Shown in pieces: positions 1-10,437 of a stretch of DNA of 52,012 nt (its first letter is position 1; each line of letters starts with the position of its first letter). A program made the position numbers and the translations under genes. Origin of the DNA: Bacteroidaceae bacterium (GTDB lineage: Bacteria; Bacteroidota; Bacteroidia; Bacteroidales; Bacteroidaceae); NCBI GenBank assembly GCA_017961145.1, contig JAGCXU010000054.1:1-52012 (forward strand), in the 5' to 3' direction. Below the pieces are notes generated by a model that had not been told where the DNA came from, did no database searches, and saw only the letters and a program-made list of their open reading frames with translations.

Positions 1-3
1 GAA

Positions 4-621
4 ATGCCAGGATTATTAGGAAAGAAAATCGGAATGACATCCGTATTCAGTGCCGAGGGTAAGAATGTACCATGCACTGTTATCGAATTAGGTCCTTGTG
101 TTGTTACTCAAATCAAAAGCGAAGAGAAGGATGGTTATAATGCCGTTCAGCTCGGCTTTGAAGAGGCTAAGGAGAAGAACACTACTGCTCCTCTCATGGG
201 TCACTTCAAGAAAGCAGGAGTAACACCCAAGAGACACTTGGCCGAGTTCACAGGTTTCGAACAGGAACTGAATTTGGGTGACACCATCACCGTTGAGCTG
301 TTTGCTGACAGCGCATTCGTTGATGTAATCGCTACCTCTAAGGGTCGTGGTTTCCAGGGCGTAGTTAAGCGTCATGGTTTCGGCGGCGTAGGTCAAACTA
401 CTCACGGTCAGGACGACCGTCTGCGTAAGCCAGGTTCAATCGGTGCCTGCTCATATCCCGCTAAGGTATTCAAGGGAATGCGTATGGGCGGCCAAATGGG
501 CGGCGATCGTGTGACAACACACAACCTGCAAGTGTTAAAGGTAATTCCCGAACACAACCTCCTTCTCATCAAGGGTAGTGTTCCCGGATACAAAGGTTCA
601 ATCGTAAGCGTTTTGAAGTAA
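4..621 (+). CDS. rplC: 50S ribosomal protein L3 (uL3)
   Basis: ATG at 4. The 205-aa ORF begins [15 protein letters not shown], typical of uL3, and is first in the conserved S10-spc order. Confidence 0.97.
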   Translation: MPGLLGKKIGMTSVFSAEGKNVPCTVIELGPCVVTQIKSEEKDGYNAVQLGFEEAKEKNTTAPLMGHFKKAGVTPKRHLAEFTGFEQELNLGDTITVELFADSAFVDVIATSKGRGFQGVVKRHGFGGVGQTTHGQDDRLRKPGSIGACSYPAKVFKGMRMGGQMGGDRVTTHNLQVLKVIPEHNLLLIKGSVPGYKGSIVSVLK

Positions 622-1250
622 TGGAATTAAATGTATTAAATATCAAAGGTCAGGAGACTGGACGCAAGGTCGCTCTCAATGATGCCATTTACGCTATTGA
701 GCCTAACGACCATGCAATCTATCTTGACGTGAAGCTTATCATGGCCAATCAGCGCCAGGGTACTGCTAAGTCAAAAGAAAGAAGTGAAGTAAGTGGTTCA
801 ACCCGCAAGCTCGGTCGCCAGAAAGGTGGTGGCGGTGCTCGTCGTGGTGATATCAACTCTCCCGTACTCGTAGGCGGTGGCCGCGTATTCGGTCCCAAGC
901 CTCGCGATTATAGTTTCAAACTCAACAAGAAGGTTCGTCAGCTTGCTCGTAAGTCTGCCCTCGCATACAAGGCTAAGGAGAATGCTCTGGTCGTTGTAGA
1001 GGACTTCACATTCGACGCTCCCAAGACGAAATCAATGGTTGAAATCTTAAAAAATCTTAAAGTTTCAGACAAGAAGACCCTCTTTGTCATGCCAGGTGCG
1101 GATAAAGTCGTATATTTGTCAGCTCGAAACATCGAACGCGTTCAGGTTATGGCCGCAACTGCACTCAATACCTACAAGGTTTTGAACGCAGATGTTATGG
1201 TCGTGGCTGAAAGCGCTCTCGCTGTCATCGATGGAAACTTAACCAAATAA
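621..1250 (+). CDS. rplD: 50S ribosomal protein L4 (uL4)
   Basis: 209-aa ORF directly after rplC with a 1-nt overlap. It has the GGGARRG-type loop and the expected position. Confidence 0.96.
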   Translation: MELNVLNIKGQETGRKVALNDAIYAIEPNDHAIYLDVKLIMANQRQGTAKSKERSEVSGSTRKLGRQKGGGGARRGDINSPVLVGGGRVFGPKPRDYSFKLNKKVRQLARKSALAYKAKENALVVVEDFTFDAPKTKSMVEILKNLKVSDKKTLFVMPGADKVVYLSARNIERVQVMAATALNTYKVLNADVMVVAESALAVIDGNLTK

Positions 1251-1265
1251 GTAGTCGAAACAGAT

Positions 1266-1556
1266 ATGGGATATATTATTAAACCTCTGGTCACTGAGAA
1301 GATGACCGGTATCAGCGAGAAGCAGAACAAGTTCGGCTTTATCGTTCGTCCCGAAGCTAACAAGATTGAGATTAAGAAGGAAGTGGAAGCACAGTACAAC
1401 GTTACCGTTACTGACGTCAACACTTGTGTCTATGGCGGCAAGAGCAAGAACCGCTACACTCGTTCCGGTCTCATCAAGGGACGTACTAACGCTTTCAAGA
1501 AGGCAATCGTAACCCTCAAGGAAGGCGATGTAATTGATTTTTATAGCAACATTTAA
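1266..1556 (+). CDS. rplW: 50S ribosomal protein L23 (uL23)
   Basis: 96-aa ORF between L4 and L2 with the KPLVTEK motif. Confidence 0.95.
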   Translation: MGYIIKPLVTEKMTGISEKQNKFGFIVRPEANKIEIKKEVEAQYNVTVTDVNTCVYGGKSKNRYTRSGLIKGRTNAFKKAIVTLKEGDVIDFYSNI

Positions 1557-1562
1557 TAGAAG

Positions 1563-2387
1563 ATGGCAGTACGTAAATTTAAGCCCACAACACCGGGCCA
1601 AAGACACAAGATTATAGGTACCTTCGAGGAAATTACTGCATCGGTACCTGAGAAATCTCTCGTTTGCGGTAAGCGCTCTACAGGTGGTCGCAACCATACA
1701 GGTAAGATGACCGTGCGCTATATCGGTGGAGGTCACAAGCAGAAGTTCCGCTTCATTGACTTCCGACGTGAGAAGGATGGTGTTCCCGCCGTCGTTAAGA
1801 CAATCGAGTACGATCCCAACCGCTCAGCGCGTATCGCACTCCTGTTCTACGCCGACGGAGAAAAGCGTTATATTATTGCTCCCAACGGACTGAAGGTGGG
1901 TGCCACTGTGATGAGTGGTGCCGAAGCAGCTCCCGAAATCGGTAATGCTCTGCCTCTGCAGAACATCCCCGTCGGTACTGTAATCCACAACATTGAGCTT
2001 CGTCCCGGTCAGGGCGCTCTGCTCGTTCGTTCCGCTGGCAACTTTGCTCAGTTGACTTCTCGTGAAGGTCGTTACTGTGTTATCAAGCTCCCTTCTGGAG
2101 AGACCCGTCAGATTCTCTCTGCCTGCAAGGCTACAGTGGGTAGTGTAGGTAACTCAGACCACGCTCTGGAGAGCTCCGGCAAGGCAGGTCGTTCTCGCTG
2201 GATGGGACGTCGCCCCCACAACCGTGGCGTTGTCATGAATCCCCACGATCACCCCATGGGTGGTGGTGAAGGTCGCCAGTCAGGTGGTCATCCTCGTTCA
2301 CGTAAGGGCTTGTATGCTAAGGGACTCAAGACTCGTGCTCCCAAGAAGCAGTCCAACAAGTATATTATCGAGAGATGTAATAAGTAA
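1563..2387 (+). CDS. rplB: 50S ribosomal protein L2 (uL2)
   Basis: 274 aa, beginning [15 protein letters not shown] with a C-terminal HPMGGGEGR motif. Confidence 0.98.
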   Translation: MAVRKFKPTTPGQRHKIIGTFEEITASVPEKSLVCGKRSTGGRNHTGKMTVRYIGGGHKQKFRFIDFRREKDGVPAVVKTIEYDPNRSARIALLFYADGEKRYIIAPNGLKVGATVMSGAEAAPEIGNALPLQNIPVGTVIHNIELRPGQGALLVRSAGNFAQLTSREGRYCVIKLPSGETRQILSACKATVGSVGNSDHALESSGKAGRSRWMGRRPHNRGVVMNPHDHPMGGGEGRQSGGHPRSRKGLYAKGLKTRAPKKQSNKYIIERCNK

Positions 2388-2412
2388 ACAAAAAGTTAGC
2401 TAGAATAAAACT

Positions 2413-2682
2413 ATGAGTCGTTCATTAAAGAAAGGTCCGTATATTGAAGTCAGCCTTGAGAAGAAGATCGTCGCTATGAATGAAAGCGGTAAGAAGAACG
2501 TGGTCAAGACTTGGTCTCGCGCTTCGATGATTTCTCCTGATTTCGTAGGTCATACGGTTGCCGTTCACAACGGAAATAAGTTTATTCCTGTTTACGTTAC
2601 AGAGAATATGGTTGGACATAAGCTGGGAGAGTTCGCTCCTACACGCAAGTTCGGTGGCCATGCTGGTAACAAGAAGAAGTAA
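2413..2682 (+). CDS. rpsS: 30S ribosomal protein S19 (uS19)
   Basis: 89 aa, with [10 protein letters not shown] and [23 protein letters not shown]. Confidence 0.98.
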   Translation: MSRSLKKGPYIEVSLEKKIVAMNESGKKNVVKTWSRASMISPDFVGHTVAVHNGNKFIPVYVTENMVGHKLGEFAPTRKFGGHAGNKKK

Positions 2683-2719
2683 GCAGGCAATTAATCGTTA
2701 ATTATAGAGTAATAATATA

Positions 2720-3118
2720 ATGGGAAAAAGAAAGAAATTAGCTGCTGAAGCAAGAAAGGAAGCTCGCAAAGCGCAAAGTTTCGCAAAGCTGAGGAATGTG
2801 CCTTCTTCTCCCCGCAAGATGAGATACGTGGTTGATTTGGTTCGCGGTATGGAGGTCAACAGAGCATTGGGCACCCTGAAGTTCTGCGTTAAGGCAGCAA
2901 GTGAAGACGTCGAAAAGGTGCTTCGCTCAGCTATTGCCAATTGGGAACAGAAGAATGAGCGCAAAGCCGAAGAAGGTGAGCTCTATATCAGTAAGATTTT
3001 CGTGGATGAGGGTGCTACCCTCAAGCGTATGAGACCCGCTCCTCAGGGTCGTGGTTACAGAATCCGTAAGCGTTCTAACCATATCACATTGTTCGTTGAC
3101 ACCAAGAATAAAGATTAA
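2720..3118 (+). CDS. rplV: 50S ribosomal protein L22 (uL22)
   Basis: 132 aa in the position between S19 and S3, with basic uL22-like sequence. Confidence 0.94.
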   Translation: MGKRKKLAAEARKEARKAQSFAKLRNVPSSPRKMRYVVDLVRGMEVNRALGTLKFCVKAASEDVEKVLRSAIANWEQKNERKAEEGELYISKIFVDEGATLKRMRPAPQGRGYRIRKRSNHITLFVDTKNKD

Positions 3119-3126
3119 GGAAAAGT

Positions 3127-3855
3127 ATGGGACAGAAAGTTAATCCAATAAGCAACCGCCTCGGTATTGTCCGTGGTTGGGATTCAAATTGGTACGGTGG
3201 CAAAGAGTTCGGAGAATCTATCCTTGAGGATAGCAAGATCCGTAAGTATCTCGGTGCCCGTCTCGGTGATGCAAGCATTTCACGCATTGTCATCGAACGT
3301 ACTCTCAAGATGGTGACTATCACTGTTTGTACTGCTCGTCCTGGTCTTATCATTGGTAAGGGCGGAGAAAAGGTTGATACTCTCAAGGAGGAGTTGAAGA
3401 AACTTACCCAGAAGGATGTTCAAATCAACATCTTTGAGGTTAAGAGACCTGAACTCGACGCAGTTATCGTTGCCAACAACATTGCTCGTCAGGTGGAAGG
3501 TAAGATTGCTTACCGTCGTGCTATCAAGATGGCTATCCAGAACACTATGCGTGCTGGTGCTGAAGGTATCAAGGTTCTGATCTCCGGTCGTCTCAACGGT
3601 GCAGAAATTGCTCGTTCTGAGATGTTTAAGGAAGGTCGTACTCCTCTGCATACACTTCGTGCAGACATTGACTATTGCCAGTCAGAAGCTCTGACAAAGG
3701 TAGGTCTGCTTGGTATCAAGGTATGGATTTGCCGTGGTGAGGTTTATGGCAAGAAGGATCTTGCTCCTAACTTCACTCAGCAGAAGGACAATGGTCGTGG
3801 TTTCGGCGGTGGTGACAGAAAGAACTTCCGTCGTAAGAAGAACAACAATCGCTAA
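3127..3855 (+). CDS. rpsC: 30S ribosomal protein S3 (uS3)
   Basis: 242 aa, beginning [13 protein letters not shown] with a KH-domain region and a basic G/R/K-rich C-terminal tail. Confidence 0.98.
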   Translation: MGQKVNPISNRLGIVRGWDSNWYGGKEFGESILEDSKIRKYLGARLGDASISRIVIERTLKMVTITVCTARPGLIIGKGGEKVDTLKEELKKLTQKDVQINIFEVKRPELDAVIVANNIARQVEGKIAYRRAIKMAIQNTMRAGAEGIKVLISGRLNGAEIARSEMFKEGRTPLHTLRADIDYCQSEALTKVGLLGIKVWICRGEVYGKKDLAPNFTQQKDNGRGFGGGDRKNFRRKKNNNR

Positions 3856-3867
3856 AATTAGATTATC

Positions 3868-4293
3868 ATGTTACAACCAAAAAGAACCAAATATCGCAGA
3901 CCGCAAAAAGGTCGTTGCAAGGGCAATGCCATGCGTGGCAACCAGTTGGCTTTCGGCTCTTTCGGTATCAAGTCTCTCGAGACTCACTGGATTACCGCTC
4001 GCCAGATTGAGGCTGCCCGTGTTGCTATGACACGTTACATGCAGCGTGAGGGACAGAGCTGGATTCGCATCTTCCCCGATAAGCCAATCACAAAGAAGCC
4101 CGCTGATGTTCGTATGGGTAAAGGTAAGGGTGACCCCGTAGGATACGTGTTCCCCATTACTCCCGGTCGCATCATTTTCGAGATTGAAGGCGTTTCTTAC
4201 GAGATCGCCAAGGAAGCACTTCGTCTGGCATCTCAGAAGCTGCCTGTTACAACGAAGTTCATTGTTAGACGTGATTACGACAAAAACGCATAA
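3868..4293 (+). CDS. rplP: 50S ribosomal protein L16 (uL16)
   Basis: 141 aa, with [16 protein letters not shown] and VRMGKGKG. Confidence 0.98.
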   Translation: MLQPKRTKYRRPQKGRCKGNAMRGNQLAFGSFGIKSLETHWITARQIEAARVAMTRYMQREGQSWIRIFPDKPITKKPADVRMGKGKGDPVGYVFPITPGRIIFEIEGVSYEIAKEALRLASQKLPVTTKFIVRRDYDKNA

Positions 4294-4295
4294 TT

Positions 4296-4490
4296 ATGAA
4301 GATTGCAGAAATTAAGGAGATGACTACTGCCGATTTGGCAGAGCGCATACAGACGGAGCAAGCTAACTACAAGCAGATGCTCCTGAACCATGCAGTATCA
4401 CCCTTGGCAAATAGTGCACAGATTAAGGCTGCGCGTCGTGACATTGCACGCCTCAAGACCGTGCTTCGCCAAAGAGAGTTGAACAAATAA
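4296..4490 (+). CDS. rpmC: 50S ribosomal protein L29 (uL29)
   Basis: 64 aa in the position after L16, with a helical uL29-like sequence. Confidence 0.93.
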   Translation: MKIAEIKEMTTADLAERIQTEQANYKQMLLNHAVSPLANSAQIKAARRDIARLKTVLRQRELNK

Positions 4491-4505
4491 TAAATGGTCT
4501 TAAAC

Positions 4506-4763
4506 ATGGAAGCAAGAAATTTAAGAAAGACGAGAACAGGTGTTGTCGTAAGCGACAAGATGGATAAGACCATTGTTGTAGCTGCGAAGTTTAAGGAGAA
4601 GCACCCCATCTATGGCAAGTTCGTTTCGAAGACTAAGAAGTATCATGCTCATGATGAGAAGAACGATTGCCATAAGGGTGACACCGTCCTGATTATGGAA
4701 ACCCGTCCCTTGAGCAAGACCAAGAGATGGAGAGTAGTAGAAATCGTAGAAAGAGCTAAGTAA
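4506..4763 (+). CDS. rpsQ: 30S ribosomal protein S17 (uS17)
   Basis: The ORF track starts at 4494, but the internal ATG at 4506 (MEARNLRK...) matches the usual Bacteroidales S17 N-terminus. The exact start is uncertain by 4 codons. Confidence 0.93.
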   Translation: MEARNLRKTRTGVVVSDKMDKTIVVAAKFKEKHPIYGKFVSKTKKYHAHDEKNDCHKGDTVLIMETRPLSKTKRWRVVEIVERAK

Positions 4764-4765
4764 TT

Positions 4766-5131
4766 ATGATACAAGCAGAATCTAGATTAGTAGTTGCAGA
4801 CAATAGCGGTGCAAAGGAAGCTATGTGCATCCGTGTGCTTGGCGGTACCCGTCGTCGCTATGCATCTGTAGGTGATGTGATTGTTGTATCTGTGAAGAGC
4901 GCAATCCCCACTAGTGAAGTTAAGAAGGGTGCAGTATCAAAGGCCTTGATTGTACGTACTAAGAAGGAAGTCCGTCGTGCTGATGGCTCCTACATTCGTT
5001 TTGATGATAACGCTTGCGTTCTCCTGAACAATGCAGGCGAGTTGCGTGGTAGTCGTATTTTCGGTCCTGTCGCTCGTGAGTTGCGTGCCGCCAACATGAA
5101 GGTGGTTTCACTGGCACCCGAAGTTCTTTAA
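4766..5131 (+). CDS. rplN: 50S ribosomal protein L14 (uL14)
   Basis: 121 aa, beginning [17 protein letters not shown]. Confidence 0.98.
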   Translation: MIQAESRLVVADNSGAKEAMCIRVLGGTRRRYASVGDVIVVSVKSAIPTSEVKKGAVSKALIVRTKKEVRRADGSYIRFDDNACVLLNNAGELRGSRIFGPVARELRAANMKVVSLAPEVL

Positions 5132-5150
5132 TCAATTAATGATTTCAGTA

Positions 5151-5429
5151 ATGAGTAAGTTACACATTAAGAAAGGCGATACAGTTTACGTCAACTCTGG
5201 CAACTGCAAGGGTCAGACCGGTAAAGTGTTACAGGTGCTCGTGAAGGAGCAGCGCGCCATCGTGGAGGGAGTCAACATGGTCAGCAAGAGCCAGAAGCCC
5301 AGCGCCAAGTTCCCTCAGGGAGGTATTGTTAAGCAGGAAGCTCCCATTCAAGTTTCAAAGCTCAACCCTGTTGTGGACGGCAAGGCTGTCCGCTCCAACG
5401 GTAAGGCTATGAATGTAACTGTTAAATAA
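5151..5429 (+). CDS. rplX: 50S ribosomal protein L24 (uL24)
   Basis: KOW motif in [10 protein letters not shown]. The ATG at 5151 ([10 protein letters not shown]) is preferred over the track start at 5139. Confidence 0.94.
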   Translation: MSKLHIKKGDTVYVNSGNCKGQTGKVLQVLVKEQRAIVEGVNMVSKSQKPSAKFPQGGIVKQEAPIQVSKLNPVVDGKAVRSNGKAMNVTVK

Positions 5430-5444
5430 TAGGAGATGTAAATA

Positions 5445-6002
5445 ATGGCAAATACTGCAAGCCTTAAGAAAGAATATGCCGAGCGTATTGCTCCTGCGCT
5501 GAAGAAGCAGTTCAACTACTCTTCAGCAATGCAGATTCCCGTTTTGAAGAAGATTGTCATCAATCAGGGCTTGGGAATGGCAACAGCTGACAAGAAGATT
5601 ATCGACGTTGCAATCAACGAGCTCTCTGCCATCACAGGTCAGAAGGCTGTTGCTACGGTTTCCAAGAAGGACGTCGCTAACTTCAAGCTTCGTAAGAAGA
5701 TGCCTATTGGTGTTATGGTAACATTGCGTCGCGAGAGAATGTATGAGTTCCTCGAGAAACTCGTGCGCGTTGCTCTTCCCCGTATCCGTGACTTCAAGGG
5801 TATTGAAAGTAAGTTGGATGGCCGTGGTAACTATACCCTCGGCATTCAGGAGCAGATTATCTTCCCCGAAATCAACATCGATACCATCGATCGCATCTTG
5901 GGTATGAACATCACGTTCGTTACCACAGCTAAGACTGATGAAGAGGGTTATGCTCTGCTCAAGGAGTTCGGTCTTCCCTTTAAGAACGCTAAAAACGACT
6001 AA
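5445..6002 (+). CDS. rplE: 50S ribosomal protein L5 (uL5)
   Basis: 185 aa in the expected position, with uL5-like sequence. Confidence 0.96.
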   Translation: MANTASLKKEYAERIAPALKKQFNYSSAMQIPVLKKIVINQGLGMATADKKIIDVAINELSAITGQKAVATVSKKDVANFKLRKKMPIGVMVTLRRERMYEFLEKLVRVALPRIRDFKGIESKLDGRGNYTLGIQEQIIFPEINIDTIDRILGMNITFVTTAKTDEEGYALLKEFGLPFKNAKND

Positions 6003-6007
6003 ACAAT

Positions 6008-6307
6008 ATGGCTAAAGAATCAATGAAGGCCCGCGAGGTCAAGAGAGCAAAACTCGTGGCTAAGTATGCTGAGAAGCGTGCAGCGTTGAAGAAGATTGTG
6101 AACAGCGGTGACCCCGTTGAGGCATTCGAGGCAGCTCAGAAGCTGCAGGCAATTCCTCGCAACGCCAACCCTATCCGTCTTCATAACCGTTGCAAGCTGA
6201 CCGGTCGTCCAAAGGGATACATTCGCCTGTTCGGCCTTTCACGTATTCAGTTCCGTGAGATGGCTTCAAGCGGTCTCATCCCTGGCGTTAAGAAAGCTAG
6301 CTGGTAA
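6008..6307 (+). CDS. rpsN: 30S ribosomal protein S14 (uS14), long non-zinc form
   Basis: 99 aa, with [11 protein letters not shown] and a C-terminal ASW. There is no CxxC pair. Confidence 0.96.
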   Translation: MAKESMKAREVKRAKLVAKYAEKRAALKKIVNSGDPVEAFEAAQKLQAIPRNANPIRLHNRCKLTGRPKGYIRLFGLSRIQFREMASSGLIPGVKKASW

Positions 6308-6320
6308 GGTCTCCGTCGTG

Positions 6321-6463
6321 CCTCCGAAAGGGTTTTGAAGTGTAAGTGTGAAATGAAGCAAGTGTAAAAGGAAAACGTGGCACGTTAAGTTCGTCATCGT
6401 AACACGCCTAGTTTGCCAACACGACACGCCAAGTTTTCTAACCCTTCAATAAGCCTTCGGAAG
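6321..6463. repeat. Repeat element inside the rpsN-rpsH spacer: an inverted copy of the 22-bp-unit array, bracketed by imperfect inverted repeats
   Basis: The reverse complement of core 6372-6438 aligns at about 80 percent (by eye) with 14651-14700. The flanks CCTCCGAAAGGGTTTTGAAG (6321-6340) and ACCCTTCAATAAGCCTTCGGAAG (6441-6463) are imperfect reverse complements. Confidence 0.7.
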
Positions 6464-6537
6464 CGAGACAGCGAATAAGACACTATTTTAATTTTAATAT
6501 TGTCGGGAGAGTCCCGATCAATTAAATTCTAAATTAT

Positions 6538-6933
6538 ATGACAGATCCAATTGCAGACTATTTGACAAGATTGCGCAACGCAATTCAGGCCAAACACAGA
6601 GTAGTGGAAGTGCCTGCGTCAAATCTTAAGAAGGAGATCACTAAGATCCTCTTCGAGAAGGGCTACATCCTGAACTACAAGTTCGTGGAAGACGGTCCTC
6701 AAGGTACAATCAAGATTGCTCTGAAGTATGACGCCGTTAACAAGGTGAATGCTATCAAGAAGCTAATCAGAATATCCACGCCCGGTATGCGTAAGTACAC
6801 CGGTTACAAGGATATGCCGAGAGTTATCAACGGACTGGGTATCGCTATCCTTTCCACATCTAAGGGTGTAATGACGAACAAGGAGGCTGCCGACCTCAAG
6901 ATCGGTGGTGAGGTTCTTTGCTACGTTTATTAA
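6538..6933 (+). CDS. rpsH: 30S ribosomal protein S8 (uS8)
   Basis: 131 aa, beginning MTDPIADYLTRLRNA. Confidence 0.98.
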   Translation: MTDPIADYLTRLRNAIQAKHRVVEVPASNLKKEITKILFEKGYILNYKFVEDGPQGTIKIALKYDAVNKVNAIKKLIRISTPGMRKYTGYKDMPRVINGLGIAILSTSKGVMTNKEAADLKIGGEVLCYVY

Positions 6934-6951
6934 TTTAGGGAGGAATACGTT

Positions 6952-7524
6952 ATGTCAAGAATAGGTAAATTGCCCATAAGCATTCCTGCCGGAGTGACTA
7001 TCAATGTCAGTGATGACAACAAGGTTACCGTAAAAGGCCCTAAAGGTGAAATGGCTCAGACGGTTGATCCTTCTATCAAGATCAACATTTCTGACGGTGA
7101 GGTGACTTTCGAAATCGTAGAAGAAAACGACACTGTCGAGACAAAGCAGAAGCAGGCTTTCCACGGTCTCTATCGCTCTCTCATCAACAACATGGTTGTT
7201 GGCGTGTCTGAGGGTTACAAGAAAGAGTTGGAACTGGTAGGTGTAGGTTATCGTGTATCGAATCAGGGCAACCTCCTGGAGTTTGCACTCGGCTACACAC
7301 ACCCCATTCTTCTTCAGCTCCCCTCTGAAATCAAGGTAGAAACAAAGTCTGAGAGAAACCAGAATCCTCTGATTATCCTCGAGTCTTGCGACAAGCAGCT
7401 CCTCGGTCAAGTATGTGCTAAGATTCGTTCTTTCCGTAAGCCAGAGCCTTATAAGGGCAAAGGTATTTTGTTCGTAGGCGAGCAGATCCGCAGAAAGTCC
7501 GGTAAGTCGGCTGGTGCCAAGTAA
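6952..7524 (+). CDS. rplF: 50S ribosomal protein L6 (uL6)
   Basis: 190 aa, beginning MSRIGKLPI, in the expected position. Confidence 0.97.
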   Translation: MSRIGKLPISIPAGVTINVSDDNKVTVKGPKGEMAQTVDPSIKINISDGEVTFEIVEENDTVETKQKQAFHGLYRSLINNMVVGVSEGYKKELELVGVGYRVSNQGNLLEFALGYTHPILLQLPSEIKVETKSERNQNPLIILESCDKQLLGQVCAKIRSFRKPEPYKGKGILFVGEQIRRKSGKSAGAK

Positions 7525-7543
7525 CCTCTAAAACTGTAAGATT

Positions 7544-7885
7544 ATGACAACAAAATTAGAAAGACGAATCAAGATTAAGTACAGAGTTCGCAATAAGATT
7601 TCTGGTACTGCAGAGCGTCCCCGTATGTCTGTCTTCAGAAGCAACAAGCAGATATATGTACAGATAATAAATGATATGAATGGTACCACTCTGGTCAGCG
7701 CCTCTTCTCTCGGCATGGAAGCATGCCCCAAGAAGGAACAGGCTGCCAAGGTCGGCGAACTGGCTGCCAAGAAGGCTCTCGAAGCAGGCATCACCACAGT
7801 CGTATTTGACCGTAATGGTTACCTCTATCATGGCAGAGTGAAGGAAGTTGCTGATGCAGCACGTAACGGTGGACTTAAATTCTAA
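7544..7885 (+). CDS. rplR: 50S ribosomal protein L18 (uL18)
   Basis: 113 aa, with [26 protein letters not shown] at the C-terminus. Confidence 0.97.
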   Translation: MTTKLERRIKIKYRVRNKISGTAERPRMSVFRSNKQIYVQIINDMNGTTLVSASSLGMEACPKKEQAAKVGELAAKKALEAGITTVVFDRNGYLYHGRVKEVADAARNGGLKF

Positions 7886-7891
7886 TGAACT

Positions 7892-8401
7892 ATGGCAAAT
7901 AAAGTTAAGATAAACAGCGAAATGGAGCTGAAGGATAGGCTCGTAGCAATCAACCGCGTAACTAAGGTTACAAAGGGTGGTCGCACGTTCACCTTCGCCG
8001 CTATTGTTGTTGTTGGTAACGAGAATGGTATCATTGGTTGGGGCCTCGGCAAGGCCGGTGAAGTCACCGCCGCTATTGCCAAAGGTGTAGAGTCAGCCAA
8101 GAAGAATCTGGTACAGGTCCCCGTCTATAATGGCACAGTTCCTCATGAGGCAGCTGCCAAGTTCGGTGGTGCCAATGTGCTCATCATGCCTGCTTCTCAC
8201 GGTACTGGCGTTGTTGCCGGCGGTGCTATGCGTGCCGTCCTCGACAGCGTAGGCATCACGGACTGTCTGGCTAAGTCTAAGGGTTCTTCCAACCCCCACA
8301 ACTTGGTTAAGGCAACCATCGCAGCTCTCTCACAGATTCGCGACCCCAAGACCGTTGCTGCCAACCGTGGTATCAGTGTAGAAAAAGTATTTAGAGGATA
8401 A
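7892..8401 (+). CDS. rpsE: 30S ribosomal protein S5 (uS5)
   Basis: 169 aa, with [13 protein letters not shown] and GTGVVAGG motifs. Confidence 0.97.
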   Translation: MANKVKINSEMELKDRLVAINRVTKVTKGGRTFTFAAIVVVGNENGIIGWGLGKAGEVTAAIAKGVESAKKNLVQVPVYNGTVPHEAAAKFGGANVLIMPASHGTGVVAGGAMRAVLDSVGITDCLAKSKGSSNPHNLVKATIAALSQIRDPKTVAANRGISVEKVFRG

Positions 8402-8412
8402 GGAGGTAAAGT

Positions 8413-8589
8413 ATGGCAACTATCAAAGTACAACAAGTAAGAAGCCGCATTCATGCTCCTCGCACTCAGAAGGCCACATTGGATACTCTGGGTCTGAGAA
8501 AAATGAATCAGGTTGTCGAGATTGAAGATAATGCCTCTAATCGTGGCTTGATTAAAGCAGTTCATCATCTGGTGAAGGTGATTGACTGA
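8413..8589 (+). CDS. rpmD: 50S ribosomal protein L30 (uL30)
   Basis: Not in the ORF track (58 aa). Manual translation gives MATIKVQQVRSRIHAPRTQKATLDTLGLRKMNQVVEIEDNASNRGLIKAVHHLVKVID. It sits in the expected slot between S5 and L15. Confidence 0.93.
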   Translation: MATIKVQQVRSRIHAPRTQKATLDTLGLRKMNQVVEIEDNASNRGLIKAVHHLVKVID

Positions 8590-8618
8590 TAGTATGAACA
8601 ATTAACTTCGATTATATT

Positions 8619-9065
8619 ATGAAATTGAATAATTTGAAACCTGCTGCCGGATCAACTCATAGTCGTAGAAGACTTGGTCGTGGTCCCGGTTCTGGCTTGG
8701 GTGGCACTTCTACCCGTGGCCATAAGGGTGCCAAGGCTCGTTCCGGTTACAAGAGAAAGATCGGTTTCGAGGGTGGTCAGATGCCTCTGCAGCGTCGTCT
8801 GCCTAAGTTCGGCTTCAAGAATATCAACCGTGTAGAATATCAAGTGGTAAATCTCTCTTCTATTCAGAAACTTGCAGAAAAGAAGAATCTGGAGAAGATT
8901 ACCATTGAAGACATGGTCGTAGCAGGATTGGTTTCTCCCAAAGGTCTGGTTAAGGTTCTTGGTAACGGTACTCTGACCGCAAAGGTTGAGGTTGAAGCCA
9001 ATGCCTTCTCCAAGACAGCAGAGGAAGCTATCCAGAATGTAGGTGGTACCGCAACTAAACTTTGA
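8619..9065 (+). CDS. rplO: 50S ribosomal protein L15 (uL15)
   Basis: 148 aa with a G/R-rich N-terminal region (GRGPGSGLGGTSTRGHKG). Confidence 0.97.
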   Translation: MKLNNLKPAAGSTHSRRRLGRGPGSGLGGTSTRGHKGAKARSGYKRKIGFEGGQMPLQRRLPKFGFKNINRVEYQVVNLSSIQKLAEKKNLEKITIEDMVVAGLVSPKGLVKVLGNGTLTAKVEVEANAFSKTAEEAIQNVGGTATKL

Positions 9066-9070
9066 TCCTG

Positions 9071-10420
9071 ATGAAGAAGTTTATTGAAACATTAAAGAAC
9101 ATCTGGCACATTGAGGATCTGCGCACCAGACTCCTCATCACGCTGGCATTTGCTGCAATGTATCGATTTGGATCAGTCATTGTCCTTCCCGGTATCAATC
9201 CGGAGGCATTGACCGCTCTGAGGGAGCAGACCAGCACGGGACTTATGTCTCTGCTGAACATGTTCTCTGGTGGCGCATTCTCTAATGCATCCATCTTTGC
9301 ATTGGGTATCATGCCCTATATCTCGGCATCCATCGTCATCCAGCTCTTTGCTTTCGTTGTGCCTTATTTCCAAAAGATGCAGCGCGAAGGCGAAAGCGGA
9401 CGTCGCAAGATGAATCAGTACACACGTTGGCTGACAATGGCCATCCTGCTCGTACAGGCTCCATCATACTTGGTGAATCTGAATGTTCAGGCAGGTGGTG
9501 CAATCAATCCCAACATAGATCATACTCTGTTCTTCATCGCAAGCACAGTCATTCTCGCAGCTGGTAGCATGTTCATCCTCTGGATTGGCGAGCGTATCAC
9601 TGACAAGGGTATAGGTAATGGCGTATCACTCATCATTATGTTGGGTATCATAGCTCGTCTGCCGACCGCTCTTAAGCAAGAACTTGTTTCTCGTCTGAGC
9701 AATATGGCAGGTGGTGGCTTGATTATGTTCATCATCGAACTGGTGCTCCTCTTTGCTGTCATCCTCGCAGCTATCATGCTCGTTCAGGGTGTCCGTAAGG
9801 TGCCTGTACAGTATGCCAAGAGAATGGTCGCAGGTCAGCAGGTAGGTGGCGTTCGTCAGTATATTCCTCTCAAGGTGTTTGCTGCTAACGTGATGCCTAT
9901 CATCTTCGCACAGGCCATCATGTTTATCCCCATCACTCTGCTTGGTCTTGTTGCCCCAGGTGGTCAGGCTGCATCGCCTGTCCTCATGGCACTCTCCGAC
10001 CATACAAGTTGGGCATATAACATTGTCTTCGCTCTGCTGATCATTGCCTTTACATATTTCTATACTGCCATTACCCTGAACCCTGTTCAGATGGCAGAGG
10101 ATATGAAGCGCAACAACGGTTTTATCCCTGGCATCCGTCCTGGTAAGGAAACCGCAGACTTCATCGACAAGATAATGGACCGCATCACGCTACCTGGTTC
10201 TCTGTTCCTGGCGGCTATTGCATGTATGCCTGCTTTTGCAGGATTGCTCAATGTCAAGCCTGAGTTCGCTCAGTTCTTTGGCGGAACATCTCTGCTCATC
10301 CTCGTCGGTGTAGTTCTCGATACGCTCCAGCAGATTGAGAGTCATCTGCTCATGAGGCACTATGATGGCTTGTTGAGCTCCGGCCGCATACATGGCCGCT
10401 CTGGTATATCTTCACGTTAA
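9071..10420 (+). CDS. secY: Preprotein translocase subunit SecY
   Basis: Polytopic membrane protein after rplO. The track start at 9062 is a TTG, and the ATG at 9071 (MKKFIETLKNIW) is preferred. Confidence 0.96.
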   Translation: MKKFIETLKNIWHIEDLRTRLLITLAFAAMYRFGSVIVLPGINPEALTALREQTSTGLMSLLNMFSGGAFSNASIFALGIMPYISASIVIQLFAFVVPYFQKMQREGESGRRKMNQYTRWLTMAILLVQAPSYLVNLNVQAGGAINPNIDHTLFFIASTVILAAGSMFILWIGERITDKGIGNGVSLIIMLGIIARLPTALKQELVSRLSNMAGGGLIMFIIELVLLFAVILAAIMLVQGVRKVPVQYAKRMVAGQQVGGVRQYIPLKVFAANVMPIIFAQAIMFIPITLLGLVAPGGQAASPVLMALSDHTSWAYNIVFALLIIAFTYFYTAITLNPVQMAEDMKRNNGFIPGIRPGKETADFIDKIMDRITLPGSLFLAAIACMPAFAGLLNVKPEFAQFFGGTSLLILVGVVLDTLQQIESHLLMRHYDGLLSSGRIHGRSGISSR

Positions 10421-10437
10421 GGAATAGTCACCAGCGG

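Noticed and set aside
6308-6537. A tRNA or other known small RNA gene might explain the long rpsN-rpsH gap.
   Set aside because: There is no cloverleaf, no GTTCGAATC-type T-loop and no acceptor-stem pairing. The region is instead explained by homology to the dispersed repeat family.
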